Below are positions 52,769 to 62,769 of a DNA stretch of 64,000 bases, in pieces. The translations under genes were made by a program, and so were the position numbers. This DNA is from an uncultured Acidobacteriaceae bacterium. Lineage in GTDB: Bacteria > Acidobacteriota > Terriglobia > Terriglobales > Acidobacteriaceae. The stretch's first letter is position 1; each line of letters begins with the position of its first letter. The stretch spans positions 5,592-69,591 of the forward strand of contig CAWHDN010000022.1 in the NCBI GenBank assembly GCA_963828115.1, read 5' to 3'. The notes below the pieces were generated by a model. It ran no database searches. It saw only the letters and a list, made by a program, of their open reading frames with translations, and was not told the origin of the DNA.

Positions 52769-52846
52769 TGTCATTCTGAGCGCAGCGAAGAATCCCCGCA
52801 TTTCGCCTTTGCCCTTGTCTTTACCAACAACCAGCAACCAACAACC
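52769..52846 (+). repeat. Family A REP plus ACCAACA heptamer tract between grpE and dnaJ
   Basis: tgtcattctgagcgcagcgaagaatccccgcattt...accaacaaccagcaaccaacaacc. Confidence 0.85.
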
Positions 52847-52849
52847 GCT

Positions 52850-53467
52850 TTACTCATCCACCACTGCCGTATTGCTTGCAATCCGCACCAGCGCAGGCCG
52901 CAGCAGCTTCTCGCGGATGCGGTAACCTTTCCGTATCTCCTCCATCACCTGATGATCGGGAAACTCCTTGGTTTCGATGCTCCCCAGCGCCTCGTGGACT
53001 CGCGGGTCGAACTGCGTCCCCACCGTCTCGACCGCCTTCACATGCAGTCCCTTCAGCGCCTCCTCCATCTGCTTCAGAATCAGCTCCACTCCGGCGCGCA
53101 ACTGCTCCAGCGTGCTGTCAGCCTTCAGCGCCAGTTGGAAGTTGTCCATCACCGCAAGGAACGGCTCAACCGCCCGCTGCACAGCGTAGTCCCGCAGGTC
53201 CGCGCGCTCCTTCACATCTCGCCGCCGCGTGTTCTCGAACTCCGCCTGCAACCGCGCCAACCGGTCCATCAACTGGTCGCGCTCTCCGCGCATCTGCTCC
53301 AGCTCGGTCTTCAACGCCGCCTCATCCAATGGCTCAACCTGCCCTCCACCGGCCTCCGCCGTCTGCGGCGCGCCCGTCGCCGGTCCGTCCCCGCTCTCTG
53401 GCTGCAACTCTTTTTCCTTCAACTCCGCGCCCTTCACGTCGTGGTCCTTCATCCCTCTCACTCTCAT
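52850..53467 (-). CDS. grpE: Nucleotide exchange factor GrpE
   Basis: RLQAEFENTRRR, FDPRVHEA, KGYRIREKLLRPALV. Confidence 0.94.
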   Translation of the reverse strand: MRVRGMKDHDVKGAELKEKELQPESGDGPATGAPQTAEAGGGQVEPLDEAALKTELEQMRGERDQLMDRLARLQAEFENTRRRDVKERADLRDYAVQRAVEPFLAVMDNFQLALKADSTLEQLRAGVELILKQMEEALKGLHVKAVETVGTQFDPRVHEALGSIETKEFPDHQVMEEIRKGYRIREKLLRPALVRIASNTAVVDE

Positions 53468-53592
53468 CTCTTCTTCCTCGATTCCCTGCGCCGTCGCCGC
53501 CTCAACCGTCCCGTCCCCACTCCCCGGCAATCGGCTCTCTCTCCTATTGTTGCCGATTCCGGCCCATCGTGCGACCCCACGCTACTGCTTAG

Positions 53593-53709
53593 GCAATCTC
53601 TGACTAAGTCTTCGTTTTGAAAGGGCGCGGCTTTAGCCGCGCCGCGAGCGGCTATTTTCAATGCGGCTTTAGCCGCCGAGGGAATCTCAAACACATGTGC
53701 AGACCTTCC
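53593..53709. mobile_element. Second copy of the IS5-like MITE
   Basis: TTAG|GCAATCTCTGACTAAG...tgtgcagaccttcc|CTAG; same internal cgttttgaaaggg..ggctttagcc..gagggaat. Confidence 0.72.
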
Positions 53710-55489
53710 CTAGGGGTTCCGCAGCCACGCATCGCGCAGAAAATCGAAGTTCCCGTCGCCCCGCGACACCACCCCCTGCAACCGCCGCGTGTGTACCACT
53801 TCATTCTCCGGGTCCCACAGAGGAATTGCCGGCAGCTCGTCGGCCAGAATCTGCTGCACCTCCACATACTCCGCCCGCCGCCGCGCCTCCACCTCCGCCG
53901 CCGGCCCGGTCTCCGCCGCCGCCTTTGCCAGCAGCGCGTCCACCCGCGCATTCACATAGTGTCCGCGGTTCGCCCCCTTCGGAGGAAAGCTCCCCGACGA
54001 GACCATATAGCGATAGATGTCCGGGTCCTCGTTCGACCCAATCCACTTCAGGATGTACATCTGGAACGCCCCATGCGTCACATCCGCATAAAACGTCCCA
54101 AACTCCGCCGACCGGATCCGCAACTCAATCCCCGCCGCCCTCAGTTGCTGTTGCAACACCGCCGCCAGCAGCCGCGTCGTCTCGTCCTGGCTGATCTTCA
54201 GCGACAGCCGCAGCCGCACTCCATCTCTTCCCGCCGGATGCCCCGCCGCCTGAAGCAATGCCGCCGCCCGCGCCGGATCGTGCGGATAATGCGCCAGCTC
54301 TGCGTCCGTCGCCGCCGCCCACTGACCCTCCGGCAACAGCGTATCCGCCAGCCGCGCGTGTCCCCGCCACAGCGCCGCCACAATCGCCGCCCGGTCCATC
54401 GCCAGCGCCACAGCCTGCCGCACCCGCTTGTCGCGCAACGCCGCGTCCGTCACGTTGAAGTTCAGGTACCACACATTCGACCCCGGCCCGCTCGCCGTCT
54501 CCAGCCCCGGCGCATCTCTCAGCGCATACACCATGTCCGGCGTCAGCACATTGCTCGCCGCGTCCGCCGACCCCTTCTCCAACTCCAGCGCGCCGGTAAT
54601 CGTGTCCGGCACTACCTCAAACCGCACCCGCTCAATCTCCGACGCACCGGGTGCCCCAGAACTGGGTGCCCCATCCATCGCAGTCTCACCGCGATGGGTG
54701 GGAAGTAGAGAACTGGGTGCCCCATCCTTTCGCGTACTTTGCGAAAGGGTGGGATTCCCACTCTTCCCCTGCGACCAACAATCTTCGAACCGCTCCAGCA
54801 CCACATCCTTGTCCTGCACTTGGCTCACAAACCGGAACGGCCCCGACCCCACCGGGTGCATCCCGAAGTCGCCTCCCGCGCCCTCGCGGCACCACGCCAA
54901 ACAGCCCATCGCTCATATTGAACAGCAGCCCCGCGTCGGGCCGCTTCATCCGCACCACCACGGTCAGCCGGTCGCGCGCCTCCGCCCGCTCCACCGCCGC
55001 AAACGCCCCGCTCTTCGCCGTAATCAGCCCCGCCAGCTTCGGCTCGATCAAACTCTCGATCGTCCACACCACGTCCTCCGCCTCCAGCGGCCGCCCATCC
55101 TGAAACCGCACCCCATCCCTCAGATGGAAGACCCACGTCAGCGCGTCCGGCTGCTCCCAACTGGTCGCCAGCCACGGCCTCAGGTTGTAATTCTCATCCT
55201 TCTTCACCAGCGCGTCGAAGATCAGCCCCCCCACCCGCTCCGACTGCGCGTCCGTCCCCTGCCGGGGATCCAGGTTGTTCGGGCTGCTCTCCAGAATCAC
55301 CACCACCGTCCCCGCCTCCCGCCCCGCCCCTCCGTGGCATCCCACCATCGCCATCGCCACCGCGAGTATCAACCAGCCACAAATCCGGGTACAAATCCGG
55401 GTGCCCCATCTTCGCGCCCGCTTCTGGGCACTAAGGTGGGGTCCACCGAATGCGCGAACTGCTCTCCTGCACACAGCCAAAACCTTCAT
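53710..55489 (-). CDS. ABC transporter substrate-binding lipoprotein, family 5 (peptide/nickel); apparent +1 frameshift near 54882; two in-frame REP insertions
   Basis: Lipobox MVGC, NLDP, LIFDALV, FHLRDGVRFQDG, PVGSGPFRF, DKRVRQAV; ATG overlaps the anmK stop. Confidence 0.85.
54647..54756 (+). repeat. Family B REP array inside the substrate-binding gene
   Basis: Three gggtgcccca heads, two with full hairpins. Confidence 0.9.
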
Positions 55490-56664
55490 CCCGGCCAGCT
55501 CACCTTCCCCAGCACCACCGCCCTACCCGCTCCCGTCGCCGCCGGAACATTCCCCGCCCGCCCATTCCACGTCAGCCAAGCCAGCAGCGCGAACGCCACT
55601 CCCTCCTTGGCCTGTGCCGGAACCCCCAACTCCTCCATCGCCCGCACCCTGACGCCCAACTCCGCAAACCCCTCCCGCAGCATCCCCATCAGCGTCGCAT
55701 TCCGCGCCCCACCCCCCGCCACAAAAATCTCCGTCTTCGCCGCCTCCAAATGCCCCCCCACAAATCCCCTGTAAGCCGACACCACCGACTCCGCCGTCAG
55801 CGCCGTCACCGTCGCCACCACATCCGCATCGGTCCCGCCAGCCTCCCGGCACATCCCAATCAGCCGCTCCGCAAACCCAGCCCCAAACTCCTCCCGCCCG
55901 CAAGACTTCGGCGGAATCGTCGCAAAGTACCCCTCCTGTATCGCCCGCTCCACCACCTCCCGCAGCACCCGCCCCCGCCGCGCCACTGCCCCACCTCTGT
56001 CGAACTTCTTCCCAAACAAACTGGCCATGCAATGGTCCACCACCATATTCCCCGGCCCCGTATCAAACGCCATCACCCCATCCAGCCCCGCCCCCGCCGG
56101 AATCGCCGTCACGTTCGCAATCCCGCCCAGGTTCAGCAGCACCCGATTCACCTTCGCCGACCGGAACATACAGTAATCCAGCATTGGCACCAGTGGCGCG
56201 CCCTCCCCGCCCGCAGCCAGGTCCGCCGGCCTGAAGTCGCTCACCACCGGGCATCGCATCCTCTCGGCCACCACTGCCGCCTCGCCCATCTGCCATGTCG
56301 AACGCACTCGTCCGCCTAGTGTCCGCCGCGCCCGCGTCTCATGATGCACCGTCTGCCCGTGGCAACCCACCAGCCCCACCCTCACCCCAAACTTTTCCGC
56401 CGCCTTTTCCACACAATCGGCATAGATATCCCCAAGCCGCCAGTTCAGCCGGCTCATCTGGGCCGCCGTCACCGCCTCGCCCTCCATCGCCCGCAGCACC
56501 ACCGCCCGAACTGCCTTCGGATACCCCGTCTCCAGCAGCCCGATCAGCCTCACTCGCGGCGAATCCCCCTCCCGCGCGCCTGGTCGAATCCGGCACAGAG
56601 CCACATCGACTCCATCCGCCGACGTCCCGCTCATCACCCCCGCCACCACCATCGCCTTCGCCAT
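55486..56664 (-). CDS. anmK: Anhydro-N-acetylmuramic acid kinase
   Basis: GVMSGTSADGVD, GCHGQT, DFRPADLAAGGEGAPLVP, NLGGIAN, FDTGPGN, PKSCGRE. Confidence 0.95.
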   Translation of the reverse strand: MAKAMVVAGVMSGTSADGVDVALCRIRPGAREGDSPRVRLIGLLETGYPKAVRAVVLRAMEGEAVTAAQMSRLNWRLGDIYADCVEKAAEKFGVRVGLVGCHGQTVHHETRARRTLGGRVRSTWQMGEAAVVAERMRCPVVSDFRPADLAAGGEGAPLVPMLDYCMFRSAKVNRVLLNLGGIANVTAIPAGAGLDGVMAFDTGPGNMVVDHCMASLFGKKFDRGGAVARRGRVLREVVERAIQEGYFATIPPKSCGREEFGAGFAERLIGMCREAGGTDADVVATVTALTAESVVSAYRGFVGGHLEAAKTEIFVAGGGARNATLMGMLREGFAELGVRVRAMEELGVPAQAKEGVAFALLAWLTWNGRAGNVPAATGAGRAVVLGKVSWPG

Positions 56665-56710
56665 CCCGCCCCAATCCGTTTCTCAACTAACAACCTGCAA
56701 CCTGCAACCT

Positions 56711-59614
56711 TCAACTGTCCTTCAACTCCCTTTGCAGTTCCGCCAGCAGATTCAGCGCCTCTCGCGGCGTCAACCCATCCAGGTCCACCTCCGCCAGCCG
56801 GTCCACAATCTTCTGCGACAGCGGCGTAAACATCGTCATCTGCAACGCCGGGGCCGCAGTCTCTCCCATTCCGCGCGCCAGTGCCGCCCCCACCTGCTGT
56901 GTCTCCGCCCGCTCGTGCAGCTTCAGCACCTCCCGCGCCCGCGCAATCACCGCCCCCGGCAGACCCGCCAGCCGGGCTACCTCGATCCCATAGCTCTTGC
57001 TCGCCGCCCCCGCCTCCACCGTGTGCAGGAACACGATCCCTCCCGCCGTCTCCTTCGCCGTCACCCGCAGGTTCTTCAGCCGCGCCAGCCGCTCCTCCAG
57101 CAGTGTCAGCTCGTGATAGTGCGTCGCAAACAGCGTCCTCGCGCCAATCTTCTCATGAAGATGTTCCACCGTAGCCCACGCCAGCGAAAGCCCATCATAA
57201 GTAGCAGTTCCACGCCCCATCTCATCCAACAGTACAAGGCTCTTCGCCGTCGCCGTGTTCAGGATCGCAGCCGTCTCCGTCATCTCCACCATGAACGTCG
57301 ACCGCCCCCGCGCCACATTGTCGCTCGCCCCGATCCGCGTATAGATCCGGTCCACCAGCCCCAGCCGCATCCGCTCCGCCGGCACAAAACATCCCGACTG
57401 CGCCATCACCACCAGCAGCGCAGCCTGCCGCAGATACGTGCTCTTACCACCCATATTCGGCCCCGTAATCAGCGCAATCGACGCGGGTGCCCCAGGTCTC
57501 AATTCTGAGACCTGGGAGGTAGAGCCTCCCATCCACCCCTCCAGCGAAATCGAATTCGGCACAAACCGTCCCCCACCCGACTCCTCCATCCGCCGCTCCA
57601 CCACCGGATGCCGCCCCGCCACAAACTCCAGCACGCCCGACTCCTCGACCTCAGGTCTTACCCATCCCCGCAGCGCCGCCAGATGTGCAAAACACGCCAG
57701 CATGTCGATCTCCGCCACCCGCCGAGCCGTCTCCCGCATCCGCCCCGCCGCGTCAAGCAACTGCCTCCGAAGCTCCGCGAAGATCCTCCGCTCAATCTCC
57801 CCCGACCGCTCCTGCGCGGTCAGAATCTTCGTCTCATACTCCTTCAGCTCCGGCGTCGTGAACCGCTCCGCATTCACCAGAGTCTGCTTCCGCTCGTAAT
57901 CTTCAGGAACCGATCTACTATTTGCCTTAGTCACTTCCAGGTAATACCCAAAGACAGAGTTGAATCTTACCTTCAGGCTCCCAATCCCCGTCCGCTGCCG
58001 CTCCCGCTCCTCAATCGCCGCCAGCGCCTGCCGCCCGCTCCGTCCCAGTTCGCGCAGCTCATCCAGCTCCGCATCCACCCCCGCCCGGATCACTCCGCCC
58101 TCTGCAAAGCTCACCGGAGGCTCCTCCACAATCGTCCGCACGATCCGCTCATGCAGGTCCTCCATCGCATCAAATCCTGTGCAAATCCCTGTGGATTTTT
58201 CTGTGGAAATCCCTGAGGATAACTTGCCGGGTGCCCCATGTCTCGATTCTGAGACATGGGATGGATCGCCTCCACCCCCCAGCTCCCGCCATCGCTTCGC
58301 CTTGAACTTCCCAACCGCCTCCCTCAACCCCGGCAGGCAGCCCAGCGTCCCCGCCAGCGCCATCACCTCCCGCGGCCCAGCCGAATCCAGAGCCACCCGT
58401 CCCAGCAGCCGTTCCATGTCGAGCAGCCCATTCATCGCCCGCCGCACTCCCTCGCGCCCGCGCAGGTCGCCCACCGCTTCGCCCACCGCATCCAGCCGCT
58501 CCTCAATCTCCCCCAGCTCCGCCGCCGGACGCAGCAGCGTCGCTCGCAGCAGCCGCTTTCCCATCGGCGTCGCGCAGGCGTCCAGCGTATGAAACAGTGT
58601 CGTCTGCACCGACTCGCCGCTGAACAGCGGTTCCACCAGCTCCAGATTCCGCACGCTCACCGCATCCAGAGTCAGCCCTTCATCGTGCGCGTAGAACCGT
58701 ATTGCATCAATATGTTCCAGCCCACCCTGCATCGTCTTCTGCAAGTAATGCACCAGCGCTCCAGCCGCCAACGCCGCCGTCTCATGCCCGCCCAGTCCCA
58801 TCCCTTCCAGCGACAGCACCCCAAGCTGTTTCCTCAGCAGCGGCACGGCGTACTCCGCCGTATAAACCCAATCCTCCAGCTCCGTCCTCGTCCGCACCCC
58901 CTCAAACGCCGTATCCAGCAACGAATCGGGTACAGAATCGGGTGCCCCATCCTTCACAGTCTCACCACCAGAACCGGGTGCCCCATCCTTCGCGGTCTCA
59001 TCGCGAAGGGTGGGAAGTAGTCCGCTCGAAGCCCCGCCCACTCGCTCCCCCTCCGCCGCCAGCAGCTCCGCAGGCCTTGCCTGCCCCAGCTCGTCGCTCA
59101 ACTGTGCCCACGCCGTCGCTCCCGCAAACTCCGTCGCGCGGAACTCCCCGGTCGACAGGTCCAGCAGCGCCAGCCCCACGCGCGCCTGTGCCCCCGCGCC
59201 GCTCGCCGCCACGCTGGCCAGCCAGTTGCTCTGCTCGGCCCCCAGCGACGCATCCACCGCCGTCCCCGGCGTCAGCACCCGCGTCACCTCGCGCCGCACA
59301 ATCTTCTTGGTCAGCTTGGGGTCTTCCATCTGATCGCACAGCGCTACCCGGTACCCCTTCCGCAGCAGCCTCTGGATGTACTGTTCGGCCGCATGGTAAG
59401 GCACGCCGCACATCGGCTGCTTTTTCTCGCGATCGCGCGCCGTCAGGGTCAACTGCAGCTCGCGCGACGCCACAATCGCGTCCTCGTAGAACAGCTCGTA
59501 AAAGTCCCCGATCCGGCACATCATCAGGCAGTCGGGGTGCGCCTCCTTGGCGGCAAAGTACTGCCGCATCACTGGGGTCTGCATCGCTGCGTCGTCACTC
59601 ATCTCTTTCGCCAT
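56711..59614 (-). CDS. mutS: DNA mismatch repair protein MutS (MutS1) with three REP-derived in-frame insertions
   Basis: TPVMRQY, GDFYELF, CGVP, TGPNMGGKST, STFMVEM, DEMGRGT, FATHYHEL, SYGIEVA, clamp motif QMTMF. Confidence 0.96.
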   Translation of the reverse strand: MAKEMSDDAAMQTPVMRQYFAAKEAHPDCLMMCRIGDFYELFYEDAIVASRELQLTLTARDREKKQPMCGVPYHAAEQYIQRLLRKGYRVALCDQMEDPKLTKKIVRREVTRVLTPGTAVDASLGAEQSNWLASVAASGAGAQARVGLALLDLSTGEFRATEFAGATAWAQLSDELGQARPAELLAAEGERVGGASSGLLPTLRDETAKDGAPGSGGETVKDGAPDSVPDSLLDTAFEGVRTRTELEDWVYTAEYAVPLLRKQLGVLSLEGMGLGGHETAALAAGALVHYLQKTMQGGLEHIDAIRFYAHDEGLTLDAVSVRNLELVEPLFSGESVQTTLFHTLDACATPMGKRLLRATLLRPAAELGEIEERLDAVGEAVGDLRGREGVRRAMNGLLDMERLLGRVALDSAGPREVMALAGTLGCLPGLREAVGKFKAKRWRELGGGGDPSHVSESRHGAPGKLSSGISTEKSTGICTGFDAMEDLHERIVRTIVEEPPVSFAEGGVIRAGVDAELDELRELGRSGRQALAAIEERERQRTGIGSLKVRFNSVFGYYLEVTKANSRSVPEDYERKQTLVNAERFTTPELKEYETKILTAQERSGEIERRIFAELRRQLLDAAGRMRETARRVAEIDMLACFAHLAALRGWVRPEVEESGVLEFVAGRHPVVERRMEESGGGRFVPNSISLEGWMGGSTSQVSELRPGAPASIALITGPNMGGKSTYLRQAALLVVMAQSGCFVPAERMRLGLVDRIYTRIGASDNVARGRSTFMVEMTETAAILNTATAKSLVLLDEMGRGTATYDGLSLAWATVEHLHEKIGARTLFATHYHELTLLEERLARLKNLRVTAKETAGGIVFLHTVEAGAASKSYGIEVARLAGLPGAVIARAREVLKLHERAETQQVGAALARGMGETAAPALQMTMFTPLSQKIVDRLAEVDLDGLTPREALNLLAELQRELKDS
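57484..57517 (+). repeat. Family B REP in mutS (just before Walker A)
   Basis: cgggtgccccaggtctcaattctgagacctggga; compare the intergenic copy at 62694. Confidence 0.85.
58227..58262 (+). repeat. Family B REP in mutS (core/lever region)
   Basis: ccgggtgccccatgtctcgattctgagacatgggat. Confidence 0.88.
58923..59020 (+). repeat. Family B REP array in mutS (connector domain)
   Basis: gaatcgggta, gaatcgggtgccccatccttc, gaaccgggtgccccatccttcgcggtctcatcgcgaagggtggga. Confidence 0.9.
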
Positions 59615-59787
59615 AGCCGAACCGCCAGAATACCGCACTCTCCCTCACACCCGCTGGTTCCTGTGCCGTGTGACTAGCATCACATCATCCTTTTCCCCTT
59701 TGCCTGACTCTAATATCAGCGGTTCGTCGCGCAGGCCCTCGACCCTCGTACCTAGTACCTTGCTCCTCGTATACTGCAATCTGGCTC

Positions 59788-60624
59788 ATGACTCTTCTCT
59801 GGCTACAAGTCGCGGCGGTCCTCTACGCGGCCGGCAGTGTCGCTGTCTTTCCCGCCGTGCTCTATAAAAACGAGCGATGGCGAAGCATCTGCGTGCATCT
59901 GGCCGGCATGGGCTTCTTCTTCCACTTCGTCTCCGTGGTTGAAATGCTCGCCCTGGCCCATCGCTGGACGCCCTCCGGCATGCGCGAAACCGAGTCGCTG
60001 CTGGCTCTTCTCCTGGCTGCCCTCTTCTTCCTCGCCTGGTGGCTCTACGACGCCATCTCCCTTGGAATCTTTGCCTTGCCAGTTACGTTTTTCCTGGTCT
60101 TTGTGCCCTCGCTGGGCCTCACGCGCTACACCTTCCCGTCCCAGGGCGCGCGTTCCGATTGGCTCATCGCCCACATTGCCGCATTGCTGGCCGCCTCTGT
60201 CGCGCTCTGTTTCAGCCTGCTTGCCTCCATCCTCTACCTCGCGCAGGAGCGCCACATCAAGCGAAAGATGAGGGCCGGCGATAACTCCTGGTCTGCGCCG
60301 CTCGATTGGCTGCCCCCGCTGGACACCATCGATCGCATCGCCCACACCATGCTCCTCTTCGGATTTCCCTGCATGACCATCGGCCTCGTCATCGGCGCTG
60401 TGCTCGTCCAGGAGACGCCCCTCGGCGCCGCATACTTTCTCGATCCGAAGGTGATTGCCTCCTTTGCCATGTGGTGCGTCTATGTCCTGCTCCTTTATCT
60501 CAGGCACCGCACGGGGTTGCGCGGGCGCAAGGCAGCCTATCTCTCCGGCGCCGTTCTGGTCGCAATGCTCGTCGTCTGGATTGCAAACCTCGTCAGCCAC
60601 GTACATGGGTTCTCCACGCCATGA
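59788..60624 (+). CDS. Cytochrome c assembly family (CcsA/HemX-like) membrane protein
   Basis: Multiple TMs, AHI, LYLAQERHIK, LPPLDTID, DPKV; overlaps the hemA start. Confidence 0.85.
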   Translation: MTLLWLQVAAVLYAAGSVAVFPAVLYKNERWRSICVHLAGMGFFFHFVSVVEMLALAHRWTPSGMRETESLLALLLAALFFLAWWLYDAISLGIFALPVTFFLVFVPSLGLTRYTFPSQGARSDWLIAHIAALLAASVALCFSLLASILYLAQERHIKRKMRAGDNSWSAPLDWLPPLDTIDRIAHTMLLFGFPCMTIGLVIGAVLVQETPLGAAYFLDPKVIASFAMWCVYVLLLYLRHRTGLRGRKAAYLSGAVLVAMLVVWIANLVSHVHGFSTP

Positions 60625-62005
60625 GCCAGTCGAACCAGCGCCAAACCGCTCCGCGCCTCGCCATCGTGCCCCCGGTCTCCGAATCTGAAGCTGCGGCCTC
60701 GCACGCCTCCGAGGGCGCGCTCATTCTGGTTGGCATCAATCACACCACCGCTCCCATCGAAGTCCGCGAGCGCCTCGCCATCCCCGCCACCCGCCTCGCA
60801 GACGCCACGCGCACCCTCGCCCATCAGCCCGGCGTCCGCGAAGCTCTCATCCTCTCCACATGCAACCGCGTCGAGTTCCTCACCATCCAGGACCACCCCC
60901 GCGACGCAATCCCCCAGACCTCCTCCGCTTCCTGTACGAGTACTTCGCCGTCTCCGCCGCCTCCATCGAGCCGCATCTCTACGAGTTCCGCGAGCGCGAG
61001 GCCGTCCGCCATCTCTTCCGCGTCGCCAGCTCGCTCGATTCCATGGTCGTCGGAGAGCCGCAGATCCTCGGCCAGGTCAAGGAGTCCTACTCCGTCGCGC
61101 GTCAGGTCGGAGCCGTCTCCACCGCGCTCGAACCGCTCCTCCAGCGCGCCTTCTCGGTCGCCAAGCGAGTCCGCACAGAGACGCAGATCGGCAGCTCTTC
61201 CGTCTCCATCGCATCCGTCGCCGTCGATCTCGCCCGCAAGATCTTCGGTAGCCTGCACGGCAAGACCGTCCTCATCGTCGGCGCGGGCAAGATGTCCGAC
61301 CTCGCCGCGCGCCACCTCATCCAGCAGGGCGCAACCTCCATCCTCGTCGCCAACCGCACCCACGAGCGCGCAGCGCAGCTCGCCGGTCAGATCGCCGGCC
61401 AGATCTCCATGCAGCTCGTCAACGGGCCGATTGCCATCCACGGCGGCGGCCTCGCCTGCACCGCCGAGGTTATTCCCTTCGACCAGCTCCACGACCAGGC
61501 CGCCCGAGCAGACATCGTCATCACCTCCACCGGCTCCGAGCAGCCCATCTTCCTCCGCGCCCACGGCCAGAGCTTTATGGAGCGCCGCCGCAACCGCCCC
61601 ATGTTCTTCATCGACATCGCCGTCCCTCGCGACGTCGATCCCCTCATGAACCAGGTCGAAGGCTGCTTCGTCTACGACATCGACGACCTGCAGCAGGTCG
61701 CCGCCGCCCACCTCGCCGACCGCAGCCGCGAGTCCGCCGCCGCCGAAGCCATCGTCACCCGCGAGGTCGAGCTCTACCTCGAGCGCATGAATTCGCGCGA
61801 CGCCGTCCCCGCCATCGTCGCCCTGCAGCAATCCGCCGAATCCGTCCGTCAGTCCGAGCTCGAGCGCACCGCCGGCCGCCTCGCCGCCACCGGCGCAGCC
61901 CTCACTCCAGCCCAACTCTCCGCCGTCGAAGCCCTCACCCGCTCTCTCACCGCCAAGCTCCTCCACCCCCAGCTCACCGCCCTCCGCAAAAAACCCGAAG
62001 ACTAG
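60621..62005 (+). CDS. hemA: Glutamyl-tRNA reductase; apparent -1 frameshift in a C-run near 60895-60915
   Basis: GINHTTAPIEVRE and LSTCNRVE in one frame; HLFRVASSLDSMVVGEPQILGQ, GAGKM, DIAVPRD in the next. Confidence 0.92.
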
Positions 62006-62075
62006 CCGCCGCCTCATTTAGGTTTGACCTCATACACAAAAATATGCAATCCTTACACATCGGGGGATTATTGCC

Positions 62076-62267
62076 ATGCGCACGAATATCGAGATTGACG
62101 ACAAGCTGATCGAGCGCGCCATGCGCAGCAGCGGTACCACAACCAAGAAGGCGACCGTCGACGCAGCCCTCAAACTGCTCGTCAAAGTGCAGGCGCAAGC
62201 GGGAATGCGCAAGTTCTGGGGAAAGGTGAAGTGGGAGGGCGATCTCGATGAGTCACGGAGAGATTGA
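62076..62267 (+). CDS. vapB: VapB-family antitoxin
   Basis: MRTNIEIDDKL..TTKKATVDAAL..WEGDLDESR. Confidence 0.88.
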   Translation: MRTNIEIDDKLIERAMRSSGTTTKKATVDAALKLLVKVQAQAGMRKFWGKVKWEGDLDESRRD

Positions 62268-62288
62268 GATCCATCGAGGATATCGCGG

Positions 62289-62693
62289 ATGATCATCGTC
62301 GATACGTCTGTATGGATTGACTTCTTCGCCGGCAACGAAAATCTGGAAAGCCTCTGGCTCAGGAGCGAGGTGGGTCGCCCGTCGATTGGTCTGACCGACC
62401 TGATTCTATGTGAGGTATTGCAGGGCGTTCGCGGCGAAAAGATGTTTGCCAGCATCTCCCGGCAGTTGGCGAAGTTCCCAATCTTCTCCACCGGCGGACC
62501 GGAGCTGGCAATCGCCTCCGCCCGCAACTTCCGCGCGCTGCGCGCCCGAGGCGTCACAGTGCGCAAGACAATCGACTGCATCATCGCAACCCATTGCATC
62601 CGCCAGGGCCACGCCCTGCTTCACCGCGACCGCGACTTCGACCCATTCGAGCGGCATCTCGGCCTCCGCGTCACCCACCCCAATACTCAATAG
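62289..62693 (+). CDS. vapC: VapC PIN-domain toxin
   Basis: IIVDTSVWIDF, EVLQG, TIDCIIA, LLHRDRDF. Confidence 0.92.
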   Translation: MIIVDTSVWIDFFAGNENLESLWLRSEVGRPSIGLTDLILCEVLQGVRGEKMFASISRQLAKFPIFSTGGPELAIASARNFRALRARGVTVRKTIDCIIATHCIRQGHALLHRDRDFDPFERHLGLRVTHPNTQ

Positions 62694-62730
62694 CCGGGTG
62701 CCCCACATCTCGATTCTGAGATGTGGGGAT
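62694..62730 (+). repeat. Family B REP
   Basis: ccgggtgccccacatctcgattctgagatgtggggat right after the vapC stop. Confidence 0.85.
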
Positions 62731-62769
62731 TCGCGCCGCTTGCGAACCGCCTTCTTCCAATCCCACCCA

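Noticed and set aside
53468-53592. CIRCE element or hrcA/dnaK next to grpE-dnaJ
   Set aside because: No TTAGCACTC-N9-GAGTGCTAA seen, and split chaperone loci are common.
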